Source of the DNA: Candidatus Nomurabacteria bacterium
GTDB lineage: Bacteria; Patescibacteriota; Dojkabacteria; SC72; JAHDCA01
NCBI GenBank assembly: GCA_020632395.1
Contig: JACKFQ010000003.1
Span: 1 to 51,170 of the forward strand
Direction: 5' to 3'
Length of the DNA stretch: 51,170 nucleotides
The translations under genes were made by a program, and so were the position numbers. The notes under the pieces are model-generated. The model searched no databases, was not told the DNA's origin, and saw only the letters and a list, made by a program, of their open reading frames with translations. Below are positions 26,267-36,550 of this stretch, piece by piece (within the stretch, counting starts at the first letter, position 1; the number at the start of each line of letters is the position of its first letter).

Positions 26267-27121
26267 ATGGAAACCCCCTCAAAACAATTACCCGATGAAG
26301 CAATATATGTCTTGGTCTCATTTATCCTAATTATTATGCATATTATTTCGCTCTCAGGATATGTAAGTATCTTCGTAGAACCTATCGGAAAGCCTTTAAT
26401 GGCGCTCTCAGAAGATGCAGGTACTTCAATTTCCGATACCTTCTCTGCAGTTGGCGAGATCGGATCTATCAGAAGAGAAAGGAATGATCTGCTAATCGAG
26501 AATGCCATACTTAGAGCTGAAAATTCGACAGTGAAATTTCTTTTGGATGAGATAGGCTTGCTACAGGTTGAACTTCAACTATCTCCTGATGAAGAATTTA
26601 GAGCAGAAACTTCGGTCCTGAGTGATGGTCATGAGACAGCTAACGAATATCTGATAGTCGATAAAGGTAGTCAAGAAGGCATCTTGGAAGGAGATATTGT
26701 GCGTTTAGGAAATATATTCATCGGTAAGGTCGACACCGTGAACAAGAGAACATCTATAGTCGACCTTCCAACTAGCGGAGAACGATACTGGAGAGTAGTT
26801 GTAGTTAGCAAAGATGAGAAATTATTGAAAACACCAGTAGATGAGCTAAAGCTCTCAGATGAAACTACAACAGAGAGTTGGCCGGGTGTGGCAATTGGAA
26901 AAGATACTGGGATCGTAGTCCAGAACATACCTAATAGTGCTACGGTTAAGGTCGGTGATTATGTTTTTGTAAATGATGCAGATGTGGGTACAGTTCTCTA
27001 TCTGGGTGAAGTTGCAGCAGTTGATTACGATCCTGCTGCGGTAGGTGTGGAGGTAGCTGTGAAATTGCCTGTAGAGTACCAGTATCTGACTAATTTGTTC
27101 GTTGTACGGCCCGGTGGGTAA
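26267..27121 (+). CDS. mreC: Rod shape-determining protein MreC
   Basis: N-terminal TM, coiled coil ENAILRAEN, IVDKGSQEGILEGDIV; position after mreB. Confidence 0.88.
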   Translation: METPSKQLPDEAIYVLVSFILIIMHIISLSGYVSIFVEPIGKPLMALSEDAGTSISDTFSAVGEIGSIRRERNDLLIENAILRAENSTVKFLLDEIGLLQVELQLSPDEEFRAETSVLSDGHETANEYLIVDKGSQEGILEGDIVRLGNIFIGKVDTVNKRTSIVDLPTSGERYWRVVVVSKDEKLLKTPVDELKLSDETTTESWPGVAIGKDTGIVVQNIPNSATVKVGDYVFVNDADVGTVLYLGEVAAVDYDPAAVGVEVAVKLPVEYQYLTNLFVVRPGG

Positions 27122-27611
27122 TATATTTGTACTAATATTTGTAGGAGTGGTCTTAGCTATGGTAGAAGTGATATTCACTTCTGCAAGTTTGATATCTCCA
27201 GTCGCAGTAGTAGCTCTGTTACTATCAAAAAGATTAACTGTCAGATCTTCTGTGATCGTATACCTTATGGTCACATTGTTGATCGATCCTTTCTATGGAC
27301 ATCTTTTAGGGGTGTATTTCATTTCCATAACAGCATTACTATTGGCTTATAATACGCTAAAACGGGTATTGCCCTATGAACAATTGTTGGTTCGGATCAT
27401 CATCCTGTTTCTATCGTTCATGATCTTCCACTTCTTTAAGATGATAATGATCGATATCAGTAGTGGTTCATTAGTTCGGACTGATGGTATAGACATACTG
27501 CTTTTCTCACTGCCAAGGTCTATAATTGAAACCGTGATATTCTTACTGCTGGATCTGCTTAATTCTAATTATCTAGGAGGTGAGAATAGGTCAGTAAAAG
27601 TTAAGATTTAG
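27102..27611 (+). CDS. mreD: Rod shape-determining protein MreD-like membrane protein
   Basis: 169 aa, about 5 TM, LLIDPFYGHLLG; between mreC and PBP2. Confidence 0.7.
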   Translation: MYGPVGNIFVLIFVGVVLAMVEVIFTSASLISPVAVVALLLSKRLTVRSSVIVYLMVTLLIDPFYGHLLGVYFISITALLLAYNTLKRVLPYEQLLVRIIILFLSFMIFHFFKMIMIDISSGSLVRTDGIDILLFSLPRSIIETVIFLLLDLLNSNYLGGENRSVKVKI

Positions 27612-27628
27612 ATCAAAAAGAATTATCA

Positions 27629-29569
27629 ATGACAGGGATATGGGATCTGGAACAGAAAAAAGTGTCGAGCTGGAATTTCATCCTCGCATTTATACTATTT
27701 GGGGCAATAATTGTTGCGTTGCTGAGCTCTGTTATAGATCTCCAGATAGTCCAAGGCGCTGATTACTCTGAAAGATCCCAGAACAATCAGATCAAAACGA
27801 GCTATGTATATCCTAATCGGGGAGTGATCTTTGATAGAGATGGAAGGAAGTTGGCAGAGAATGTTGCAGCAACAAACTTAGTATTAGAGATCGAACCTTT
27901 TTATGATGATGAAGGATTGAATATTAAAGAATTGACACCAATACTTGATAAGATCGGAACAATAACAAAAGATAAGTGGAAAGAACTCCGACCTGCTCGT
28001 GAGGCTGAAGTACAGATCGAGGACCTGAAGGGTTATGTGACATACATGATCGAACGACTTGAGAAAAAGGAAGGGGTATATGCAAGATACGGTTCGATCC
28101 TGCTGGCAGCAGATCTAGATAATGAAACTACCATCGACCTTAAAGCAGCAAAAGACGAATTACCAGGAGTTATGATAGAGGAGGGATATAAGAGATATTA
28201 CCCAGAAGGAGCATATTTCTCACATCTTTTGGGTTACACCAGTATAGTCACAGCGGAAGATCTCGAGGATCTGCAATACCTTGGATATGACGATAGTATA
28301 GCTTTTAATGGGTTCAAGGATGTTATCGGAAGGTTAGGTATCGAGGCAGTATATGATGAACAGTTGATCGGTAAGAAGGGCGTTAGTGCAAAAGAAAAGG
28401 TCACTGGGGTTGAGCGTATGGTCGAACCTGTCGTAGATGGTTTGAATCTTTACACATCTATCGACATAGATGCCCAGAAAAAGATGCAGGATCTTCTCAT
28501 CAAAGCTGTAGAAGAGCGGGATGCAACTGGTGCTTCGGGGATTGTGATGGATGTCGATACTGGAGAATTGATCGTAATGGTGTCCACCCCGTCATACGAT
28601 AATAATGATTTTGTAGGTGGTGTAGCACAAGCAACTTATGACAAATTATTGAACGATCCCAAAATTCCTCTACTGAACCGAAGCATTGCTGCTCAACTCC
28701 CACCCGGCTCAACATTCAAGACACTTTCAGCCACTGGTGGATTAGCATCAGGCGCTATAGATACAAATACCCTGTATACAAGTAGGTCAGGATATACATT
28801 TAGCAATGGAGCACCTTTTCAGGAGTATCGTGGTAACTCGTATGGAACATTGAATGTTGTCGGTGCACTATCAGTATCATCAAATATTTTCTTTTGCGAA
28901 ATGATCAGAAATTGGGATATCAATGAGTTAGCCCCATACTATGAAATGTTTGGGATAGGTTCTGTGACAGGAGTAGATCTGGTTGGCGAGATGCCCGGCA
29001 GAGTACCATCACCAGCAAATAAGATAGCTCTTTCAAAGATCCCCGGTATCACCTGGTTAGAACCTGTTTGGTATCCGGAAGGAGATGGTTGTAATTCGGT
29101 AATAGGTCAGGGAATTGCCCTGGTCACACCTATACAGATGGTAAATTGGATCTCAGCTATAGCAAATGGAGGTGTGTTGAATACTCCACATATTGGCAAT
29201 TACTTTGTTCAGAAGGATGGAGGAAAAGTGAGTATCGATCATACACCTATCAGACAGGTGGATGTTTCAGACGATGTGCTATCAGTAGTCCGTAAAGGTA
29301 TGCGTGAAGCCGTAGCCGGTTCAAGAAGGAGTATTTGGGCACTAACAGATGCCAAGGTAGATGTTGCTGCAAAAACCGGTACAGCGGAGTTCGGAGCCTT
29401 GAACGAGAAGGGGATCTATGAGCACACGCATGCATGGGTGACAGGATTCTTTCCATACGAAAAACCAAAATATGCATTTGTGTTACTTCTTGAGGATGGT
29501 GGTGAGAGTTATCAGGCTGCCGAAGTAGCCAGAGAATACATTGACTGGTGGATCCAAAATATGAAGTAG
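27629..29569 (+). CDS. mrdA: Penicillin-binding protein 2 (class B)
   Basis: PNRGVIFDRDG, GSTFK (SxxK), SSN (SxN), KTGT motifs. Confidence 0.93.
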   Translation: MTGIWDLEQKKVSSWNFILAFILFGAIIVALLSSVIDLQIVQGADYSERSQNNQIKTSYVYPNRGVIFDRDGRKLAENVAATNLVLEIEPFYDDEGLNIKELTPILDKIGTITKDKWKELRPAREAEVQIEDLKGYVTYMIERLEKKEGVYARYGSILLAADLDNETTIDLKAAKDELPGVMIEEGYKRYYPEGAYFSHLLGYTSIVTAEDLEDLQYLGYDDSIAFNGFKDVIGRLGIEAVYDEQLIGKKGVSAKEKVTGVERMVEPVVDGLNLYTSIDIDAQKKMQDLLIKAVEERDATGASGIVMDVDTGELIVMVSTPSYDNNDFVGGVAQATYDKLLNDPKIPLLNRSIAAQLPPGSTFKTLSATGGLASGAIDTNTLYTSRSGYTFSNGAPFQEYRGNSYGTLNVVGALSVSSNIFFCEMIRNWDINELAPYYEMFGIGSVTGVDLVGEMPGRVPSPANKIALSKIPGITWLEPVWYPEGDGCNSVIGQGIALVTPIQMVNWISAIANGGVLNTPHIGNYFVQKDGGKVSIDHTPIRQVDVSDDVLSVVRKGMREAVAGSRRSIWALTDAKVDVAAKTGTAEFGALNEKGIYEHTHAWVTGFFPYEKPKYAFVLLLEDGGESYQAAEVAREYIDWWIQNMK

Positions 29570-29700
29570 CGAGTGGCGAGGAGCGGGTGGAGAGATTGCA
29601 AATGGTGAGGAGTGAGTGGAGAGGAACAAGGAGCAAGCGAGTGGAGAGATTGTGGATGGCGAGGAGTGATGAGTGAATGTCAGATTGCGGATAGCGAGAT
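29570..29700. repeat. Degenerate purine-rich repeats between convergent mrdA and greA
   Basis: Recurrent gagtggagag, gattg and atgg(c/t)gaggag blocks with strong G/A strand bias. Confidence 0.55.
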
Positions 29701-29805
29701 TTGGTTAATTAAGAGTTAATGGCGCGTCTGGAATAGTAAATGGCAAGTGGCTGATTCCAGGTTACAAATGATGAATGGCGCAAAACTAACCAAGGATACT
29801 AAGAT

Positions 29806-30279
29806 TTACCGACCTCCATCGACAGATACAACTTGTAATCTTGTTTTCACACCGTTTGGAGAGGAGTAGGTCGCTTCATCGCCCTCATTAAGCCCAAGCA
29901 ATGCTTTTCCGATAGGACTCTCGTAGGAATATTTATTCTGTAACGGATCAGCCTCAATTGGGTCGACTATCATGATCTTCTGTTTCTTATTATCGATCTT
30001 CACAATCGCTGTTGATCCGATCTCTATGGTTGGGGTTATTTTCCGATCGAGAATTGTCACATTCCTAAGGATATGGTTCAGTTCGCGTCTTTCTAGTTCA
30101 TTTTCGTGTAGAAGTTTTAATGATACGGTTATTGCGTCAGTTTCTCGATCATCTCCCTCGATGACAGCTTTTTCCCAATCCTTATTTAACTGTTGACGTC
30201 TAATTTCAAGCTCTAAAGCCTTTTTCTTCAGTTGCCTATGCTTCTTTTGGGTGATCTGATAGACCCTTTGTTCTTTCAT
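29806..30279 (-). CDS. greA: GreA/GreB-family transcription elongation factor (divergent)
   Basis: GDDRE matches the GDLSE acidic pair; EADP...SYESPIGKALLG. Confidence 0.85.
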   Translation of the reverse strand: MKEQRVYQITQKKHRQLKKKALELEIRRQQLNKDWEKAVIEGDDRETDAITVSLKLLHENELERRELNHILRNVTILDRKITPTIEIGSTAIVKIDNKKQKIMIVDPIEADPLQNKYSYESPIGKALLGLNEGDEATYSSPNGVKTRLQVVSVDGGR

Positions 30280-30302
30280 TTTTGGTTAAGGAATAGTTAA
30301 TT

Positions 30303-31592
30303 ATGGAGGGGTATGATTTTATCATGATACCATCTAAACCCACAAGAGATATTGACACACCAGCGTTTATGTCTGCAATTCTATCATTTCCTGGATTTGG
30401 ACATGTCAGATTGAAAAGATTGATAGATGATGAAGTACAACGTATCGGAGAATTTCAGCATGAAAGTGTGACAGAACGTATCGAAGATCCTCGGCACAGT
30501 AAAGGTGAGCAAAGAGAGCAGGGTATTCAGCAGAAACAAAATTCTCACCAAATTGAAGCAACTGACACAAAGAAAAGGTCTCAGCAGAACAAACCAAGTG
30601 GGCAGGAAACCACTCAGGAGGGCGTAGTCACTCAGGAGGGTGTAACCACTCGGCAGGGCGTAGTCACTCGGCAGAGTGAAACTCCTCGACAGGGCGTAGT
30701 CACACGGAAGGGTGAAGTCACTCGGCAGAGTGAAACCACCAGGGAGAGTATAGTCACCTCAAATAGCGTAAAAATGCAGTTTAATGAAAGTTCTCTGTAC
30801 TCAGAAACCTCTCCGTATAGGTTTGACCTGGATAGACTTATTTTCAAGTTTTGTACAGAGAATGGCATCTCAGAGCAGGTTTTCCGAAGAAAGATGCGAG
30901 ATTTTGAAAGTACTTTTATATCAGGGGATATAATCCCCGTCATGTGCTGGTCTAAGCTCTTTCCCCAGGGATTTTTGGGCTTACGGGATGCTCCTCAGGT
31001 GATCTTCATAAGTGGTGATCCATCGATACTTTCTTGCTCGAACATAACGATTGTTGGTACTCGAAAGCATACCTTTTATGGAGGTAAGGTAGTTAGGCGC
31101 ATTATTGATTCTATCAAGAATATTGCAACTGAAAGTGCTGTGGTTAGTGGTTTGGCATATGGGATCGACTCCCAGGCACATCAATATACTTTAGATTCTG
31201 GTTTGAGAACTATTGCTGTAGTTGCGGGTGGGATCGATAAAGGATACCCAAAAAGAAATGAAAGATTATATGATGAGATAGTTCAAAAAGGAGCTGTACT
31301 ATCTGAATTTCCACCTGGTGTGGATGTCGTGAAAGGTATGTTTCCGATGCGAAATCGTCTTCTTGCAGCACTGTCAAAAATGGTTATCGTTGTGGAATCC
31401 TCGTCTAAAGGAGGGTCGATGATAACAGCAAGGCATGCTGCAGAGATGGGTGTAGACGTTCTAGCCGTACCGGGTGATATAGATAGAAGTGTTGCTGAGG
31501 GGTGTAATCTATTGATTGCACAGGGTGCTATTCCCCTGTATTCTTTTGAGGTCTTTGACGAATATTTGGAGTTGAAAAGGGGTGCGTGTTAG
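30303..31592 (+). CDS. dprA: DNA-processing protein DprA with a low-complexity insertion
   Basis: IVGTRK, VSGLAYGIDSQAH, SEFPPG, FPMRNRLLAALS, GGSMITA; precedes topA. Confidence 0.93.
   Translation: MEGYDFIMIPSKPTRDIDTPAFMSAILSFPGFGHVRLKRLIDDEVQRIGEFQHESVTERIEDPRHSKGEQREQGIQQKQNSHQIEATDTKKRSQQNKPSGQETTQEGVVTQEGVTTRQGVVTRQSETPRQGVVTRKGEVTRQSETTRESIVTSNSVKMQFNESSLYSETSPYRFDLDRLIFKFCTENGISEQVFRRKMRDFESTFISGDIIPVMCWSKLFPQGFLGLRDAPQVIFISGDPSILSCSNITIVGTRKHTFYGGKVVRRIIDSIKNIATESAVVSGLAYGIDSQAHQYTLDSGLRTIAVVAGGIDKGYPKRNERLYDEIVQKGAVLSEFPPGVDVVKGMFPMRNRLLAALSKMVIVVESSSKGGSMITARHAAEMGVDVLAVPGDIDRSVAEGCNLLIAQGAIPLYSFEVFDEYLELKRGAC
30609..30752 (+). repeat. In-frame tandem repeat, 8 x 18 bp, within dprA
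   Basis: Encodes TTQEGV VTQEGV TTRQGV VTRQSE TPRQGV VTRKGE VTRQSE TTRESI. Confidence 0.88.
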
Positions 31593-31604
31593 AATATCGC
31601 GGTA

Positions 31605-31633
31605 TTGACAGTCATTCATAGAGCAGATATTGT
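31605..31633 (+). promoter_or_regulatory. Possible sigma70 promoter of topA
   Basis: TTGACA, 17 nt, TATTGT. Confidence 0.5.
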
Positions 31634-31673
31634 GCTTACCAGATGAATTCAGATTATTGGAATGATAAATATT

Positions 31674-33788
31674 ATGAGTAACCTTGTTATCGTAGAGTCC
31701 CCATCAAAAGCTAAAACCATAGAGAAATACCTCGGTAAAGGATATAAGGTAGTTGCTACTGTAGGTCATGTGATCGACCTTCCGAAAAGTAAATTAGGAG
31801 TTGACCTTGAAAATGATTATGCACCACAGTTTACCACCATCAAAGGTAAGGGAGCTGTAATAAAACGAATTAAAAAGGCTATCCCAAAAGGGGGTAAAGT
31901 TCTTCTTGCAATGGATCCTGATCGTGAAGGTGAGGCGATCGCATGGCATGTTGCCGAGGCACTCAAACTTAAAAAACCTCAAAGAGTCGTGTTCTACGAG
32001 ATCACTAAGAATGCTGTGAATGAGGCGATCAAGCACCCTCGAGAAGTTGATATGCATCTGGTGAATGCACAAATAGCGCGCCGTGTTTTAGATAGACTCG
32101 TTGGCTATCGGGTGTCGCAAGTTCTATGGGAGAAGATCTGGTACGGTCTTTCTGCTGGAAGAGTACAATCAGCTGCCCTTCGGCTAATTGTAGAGCGTGA
32201 AAGGGAGATCGAAGCTTTTATTCCAGAGGAATTCTGGAAAGTATTTGCTGATGTCATCGTCACAAACGAAACCACTTTGGAAATGGAGTTGGTGAGGAAG
32301 AATACGAAAAAATATCGACCATCAAGTGATGAAGAATTCACAACTGTAAAGTCTGACCTCAAGAGATCCATGTTCAAAGTGATCGATATTAAGAAGAAGC
32401 AGATAAGCAAATCTCCATTCCCACCATTTACAACATCTTTGCTACAGCAGGCAGCCAACAATATGCTTGGGTTCACAGCAAAAAGAACCATGTCATTGGC
32501 ACAGGCCTTATACCAGGGGGGGTATATTACATATATGCGTACAGACTCATTCAACCTCTCAAATCAGGCTATCGATGCTATCAGAGAAACGATAGTACAG
32601 AAATTCGGAGAGAAATACCTTCCTCCGACACCTAAGTATTACAAGAACAGGAGTAAAAATGCACAAGAAGCCCATGAAGCCATAAGACCAACAGATTTCA
32701 GCAATACTGCTGACCTCATAAGGAAAGAAATGACAGGTTCTCATGCAAAATTATACGAACTGATATGGAAAAGGGCGATATCTTCACAAATGGCAGATCG
32801 AAAAAGTGAACAGATAACAATAACGACAGAGGCGATTGGTGCCAGTAAGGATAGTTATGAATTTCGAGCTGGTGCAGAGAAGGTGTTGTTTGAGGGCTTC
32901 CGAAAGATCTGGGGAAGTACGAATGGGAAAGATGATCTAGGTATTCAAGAACTTTCTGCTACATTGCAGATAGGGGAAGAATTTAAAGCTAAGAAAATAC
33001 GAGGAACCCAACATTTCACGCAACCTAAGCCGAGATACACAGATGCCTCTCTTGTGAAGGCATTGGAAAAACATGGTATCGGACGTCCATCAACTTATGC
33101 CACGATAATTAGTACTGTACAAGATAGGGGATATGTAGAAAAGATCGAAAAATACCTACATCCTTTGGAAGTTGGTACTGTTGTAAATCACTTTCTTGAA
33201 GACAATTTCGGTAGATTGGTCGATTACGAATATACTGCAGGTGTAGAGGATCAATTGGACCTGATCGCGGAAGGAAAAGAGGAGTATGTTAAGTTCATAG
33301 ACCAAGAGTTCAAGCCTCTCGAGAAGGAGATAAAAAAAGCAAAGAAAGATGTTAAAAAAGAGGATGTTGTTATTTTGGAAGAAAGTGACGAGAAATGTCC
33401 TGAATGTGGTGGTAAAATGGTAGTCAGATTAGGGAGGTATGGGAAATTCCTTAGCTGTTCAACCTTCCCCAAGTGCAAGGGAATGACAAGTTTAGATGGA
33501 GGCGAGGAAGGTCTCGATTTTGAGAAATATTTGCGTCCGGAAGAATGTCCAAAGTGCAAGAAAGCTCTCGTGTTAAAGGGTGGTCGTTACGGGCAATTCT
33601 GGGCATGTTCTGATTATCCGGAATGTAAGGGAACATTGCCATTACTACTAACTGAGAAATGTCCGGAATGTAGTAGACCTTTAGTAGAAAGAAAAAGCCG
33701 TTGGGGTAGGATCTTTATTGGTTGTAGTGGTTATCCTGATTGTAAATACATCAAAAAGACCCCAAAAAAGAAGAAAGAGGAGGAGTAA
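31674..33788 (+). CDS. topA: DNA topoisomerase I with three C4 zinc ribbons
   Basis: LVIVESPSKAKTI, DPDREGEAI, SAGRVQS, YITYMRTDS, AQEAHEAIRPT, GIGRPSTYA; probable start ATG 31674. Confidence 0.97.
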   Translation: MSNLVIVESPSKAKTIEKYLGKGYKVVATVGHVIDLPKSKLGVDLENDYAPQFTTIKGKGAVIKRIKKAIPKGGKVLLAMDPDREGEAIAWHVAEALKLKKPQRVVFYEITKNAVNEAIKHPREVDMHLVNAQIARRVLDRLVGYRVSQVLWEKIWYGLSAGRVQSAALRLIVEREREIEAFIPEEFWKVFADVIVTNETTLEMELVRKNTKKYRPSSDEEFTTVKSDLKRSMFKVIDIKKKQISKSPFPPFTTSLLQQAANNMLGFTAKRTMSLAQALYQGGYITYMRTDSFNLSNQAIDAIRETIVQKFGEKYLPPTPKYYKNRSKNAQEAHEAIRPTDFSNTADLIRKEMTGSHAKLYELIWKRAISSQMADRKSEQITITTEAIGASKDSYEFRAGAEKVLFEGFRKIWGSTNGKDDLGIQELSATLQIGEEFKAKKIRGTQHFTQPKPRYTDASLVKALEKHGIGRPSTYATIISTVQDRGYVEKIEKYLHPLEVGTVVNHFLEDNFGRLVDYEYTAGVEDQLDLIAEGKEEYVKFIDQEFKPLEKEIKKAKKDVKKEDVVILEESDEKCPECGGKMVVRLGRYGKFLSCSTFPKCKGMTSLDGGEEGLDFEKYLRPEECPKCKKALVLKGGRYGQFWACSDYPECKGTLPLLLTEKCPECSRPLVERKSRWGRIFIGCSGYPDCKYIKKTPKKKKEEE

Positions 33789-33882
33789 AAGGGTGGAATT
33801 AGAAGGAAACGGTGTTAGTTGATTCAGAAACATACTTACTTCATTAGAAAGGTTAAATAGTTGTCCATATTCTTTTGTCCGT

Positions 33883-35022
33883 ATGATCAAAGCAAATATT
33901 AATAATATATACTCATTTCTCCCACCCGGTGTTGATCAGTTTGGGTTTCAAATAGTCCGAAATACAGAATATGCAAAATATCTTGCCGAGATCGTTGGGG
34001 CAGAGTATTCAGGTATGATATCAACTAATACAAGGCTTCCTTCTGATAGCTACTTGTTTTCATTCTGTCCAGTAACTGTTGAACAGTATGATCAGCTTCA
34101 GATTGATCCGACAAGGTTGTGGGGAGGTATGGTGAAATTCTCATTCCCACTAAAAGGTATCATTCACCCATTAGTTAAGGATACACAGAGTGTACCGGCG
34201 AATTTCCCCCGAGAATTCTCAGAAAAGCTGTACGAACAACATCTCTCGGTACCAGGGATCACCTGCTTTTCAAAGAAAGACATTCGTAGAGCTTATTTTG
34301 ACCTGTCAAAAGATGGTTTTATTGTTAGACTTAAAGATTCGCATGGTTCGGGTACTGTAAAACAGTACAGATTGGAGAACCTTGCACGTCTGGAAGAGAT
34401 CTTATTTGGGTATCAGGATGGATATATAGAACGGTCTGGTATGTTGGTCGAACTAAATATTGTTGATCCAGAAGGTAGTGCACTACCAGACTCATATTCC
34501 ATAGGAGTCTTGGAAATACTTGGAAACGTATACTCATATATCGGTCATCAAAAGATCGTGGATAGCGGTCTTTTTGGATATTTAGGAACAAGGTTATCAT
34601 TATATAACGGTGGTTTTAAAGAGGAGATCAGTTCTCACGGTCTTTATCAAATAATTGAAAAGAAAGCTAACTCGATGATTCAATTGATAACAGAATATAA
34701 GCCATTTCGTGTTGGTTCAAGATTAAATGCTGATTTGATCTATGGTGTTTTCGAAAGGGAAGATCTTCAAGAAACTATCTCGCAGAAACCTGAAATGTAT
34801 TTTACTGAGATCTCGACTTACCCAGGGGGAGCTACGGCTGGTGAGTTAGTAGCAGTAAGATATTTAAATGAAAATCCGAATAAAAGAAGTATCACAATAG
34901 ACTCTTTGACCGATCACGCATATACAGGTCTATATGATAGAGACTATGTGAAGATCTTTTGTGATACAGTAGATCCAATACTTGGACACACTCGTGTCGG
35001 TGCAGTAATAGTTGACGAATAG
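33883..35022 (+). CDS. DUF3182-like ATP-grasp-fold protein
   Basis: LWGGMV..., IIHPLV, PGITCFS..D, VRLK...G.G..Q, SIG, YSYIGHQ, YLGTRL, PGGATAGE pattern. Confidence 0.6.
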   Translation: MIKANINNIYSFLPPGVDQFGFQIVRNTEYAKYLAEIVGAEYSGMISTNTRLPSDSYLFSFCPVTVEQYDQLQIDPTRLWGGMVKFSFPLKGIIHPLVKDTQSVPANFPREFSEKLYEQHLSVPGITCFSKKDIRRAYFDLSKDGFIVRLKDSHGSGTVKQYRLENLARLEEILFGYQDGYIERSGMLVELNIVDPEGSALPDSYSIGVLEILGNVYSYIGHQKIVDSGLFGYLGTRLSLYNGGFKEEISSHGLYQIIEKKANSMIQLITEYKPFRVGSRLNADLIYGVFEREDLQETISQKPEMYFTEISTYPGGATAGELVAVRYLNENPNKRSITIDSLTDHAYTGLYDRDYVKIFCDTVDPILGHTRVGAVIVDE

Positions 35023-35026
35023 TACT

Positions 35027-35605
35027 TCAATTTTTATCAAATTCTTGCCAATTAGTGTCATTCTTCATCTTTGTATCTAGTAATTCTCGTAGAATATCAA
35101 CCATAGGTCTACCAGACGTTTCAGAATCCCATTGTAAATAACGGGCCATTTCTGGTGTGAGATTGAATAAATATTTTGTATTTACTAGTTTTCTGGCCCT
35201 TTTTAAGAAGCTTGATATAATCTCTTCGAGGTCTTTCTCGTTTGTGTATTCAGCAAACTCAAATTTATTAGACTCTTGGTATGATCGTATCACCACAGAA
35301 GGGATGTTCTCCTCCCCCTTTTTGAAAAAGACTAATACAGGTTTTTTCATCTCAGCCGCTTTTCCAATGATGAATCCGATCCCATTGCTGTAATCTGTGT
35401 TTTCGATTATCGCGACATCTGATCTGAGGAGGATCTTATTGAGTTTCTTATATAATCCATCGAGGTTTTCTTTGTCTGCAGTCGTACTAGAATCAAAGTA
35501 CGAATCATCAGGGTGTACTCGATTCTTTTTGATCACCTTTTTTGTGATCTTTCTGAATTCATTTAGAGAATCGTTATATTTCACACCAAATATTGCAGCT
35601 CTCAT
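35027..35605 (-). CDS. Nucleoside 2-deoxyribosyltransferase-like domain plus C-terminal ribbon-helix-helix-like segment
   Basis: SDVAIIENTDYSNGIGFIIGKAAEMKKPVLVF (NDT-like); YLFNLTPEMARYLQWDSETSGRPMVDILRELLD (RHH-like); ORF opens at 35644. Confidence 0.55.
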   Translation of the reverse strand: MRAAIFGVKYNDSLNEFRKITKKVIKKNRVHPDDSYFDSSTTADKENLDGLYKKLNKILLRSDVAIIENTDYSNGIGFIIGKAAEMKKPVLVFFKKGEENIPSVVIRSYQESNKFEFAEYTNEKDLEEIISSFLKRARKLVNTKYLFNLTPEMARYLQWDSETSGRPMVDILRELLDTKMKNDTNWQEFDKN

Positions 35606-35704
35606 AGTAAGTTTGCTAATAAAAATCTTATATATCTCATACATATTATATCATGCAATATATACTTCAGACAAATTTAATACTTTCCTTGTATCGTACA
35701 ACAT

Positions 35705-36337
35705 ATGCGTCCAAGAGAAAAAATGACCCAACGGGGAGTAGAAAGTCTCTCTGTAATAGACTTACTGTCCTTAATCGTAGGGTCGGGTACCAGCAAACAA
35801 AATTACCAACAAATTGCCAAGAAGATAACTGAGATCCTTAAGAAACAAGATCTTGAGGATCTCCAGGGGACATTTGATGAGATACTTCAGATCAAGGGAA
35901 TAGGAGCATCAAAGGCATGTGCAATTGTTGCTAGTCTGGAGATCGGTAGGCGATTGTATGATCCATCGTTAAAACAAAGAAAGAAAGTGACTACTTCATC
36001 TCAGGCAGCAGAATTGTTCAATGATATTCGTGAAAAAAGAAATGAAGTGCTGCAATGTGTGTTCTTGAATGCTCGATATGAGTCTCTCAGGTGTGAGACT
36101 GTATCAATTGGGTCGATCGACCAGGTAGGAATACATCCTCGAGAGATAATCAGTAGAGCCCTAGAACTAAATGCTTATGGAATAATCATCTGCCACAACC
36201 ATCCTTCTGGAGACCATTCCCCAAGTGTTTCTGATAGACAAGCCACCCAAAGACTAAATAAAGCATGTGAATTGATCGGGATAAAACTGATCGATCATAT
36301 TATTGTAAGTAAGAACGGTTGGACTAGTATTCTTTAA
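35705..36337 (+). CDS. radC: RadC/JAB-domain protein
   Basis: HhH IKGIGASKA, HPREI, HNHPSGDHSPS..D, IDHII. Confidence 0.93.
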   Translation: MRPREKMTQRGVESLSVIDLLSLIVGSGTSKQNYQQIAKKITEILKKQDLEDLQGTFDEILQIKGIGASKACAIVASLEIGRRLYDPSLKQRKKVTTSSQAAELFNDIREKRNEVLQCVFLNARYESLRCETVSIGSIDQVGIHPREIISRALELNAYGIIICHNHPSGDHSPSVSDRQATQRLNKACELIGIKLIDHIIVSKNGWTSIL

Positions 36338-36550
36338 GTTTAGTATTTAACAATATGAAGGATCCTCCTTGCAATTAAGGTGAAGCAAATACCTTATAAA
36401 TGACTTCATTATGATCTGTCAAAAGTGTTGGGGCATCAGCTGCTTTGTGCGGCAATGGATCAAAACATCAAAGTGCTTTTTCAAGATATTTCCGTATCTT
36501 ACAGAATATTGCTATCATTCTGGTGAAGTAAGTTTTCTACTGCCTACAGA

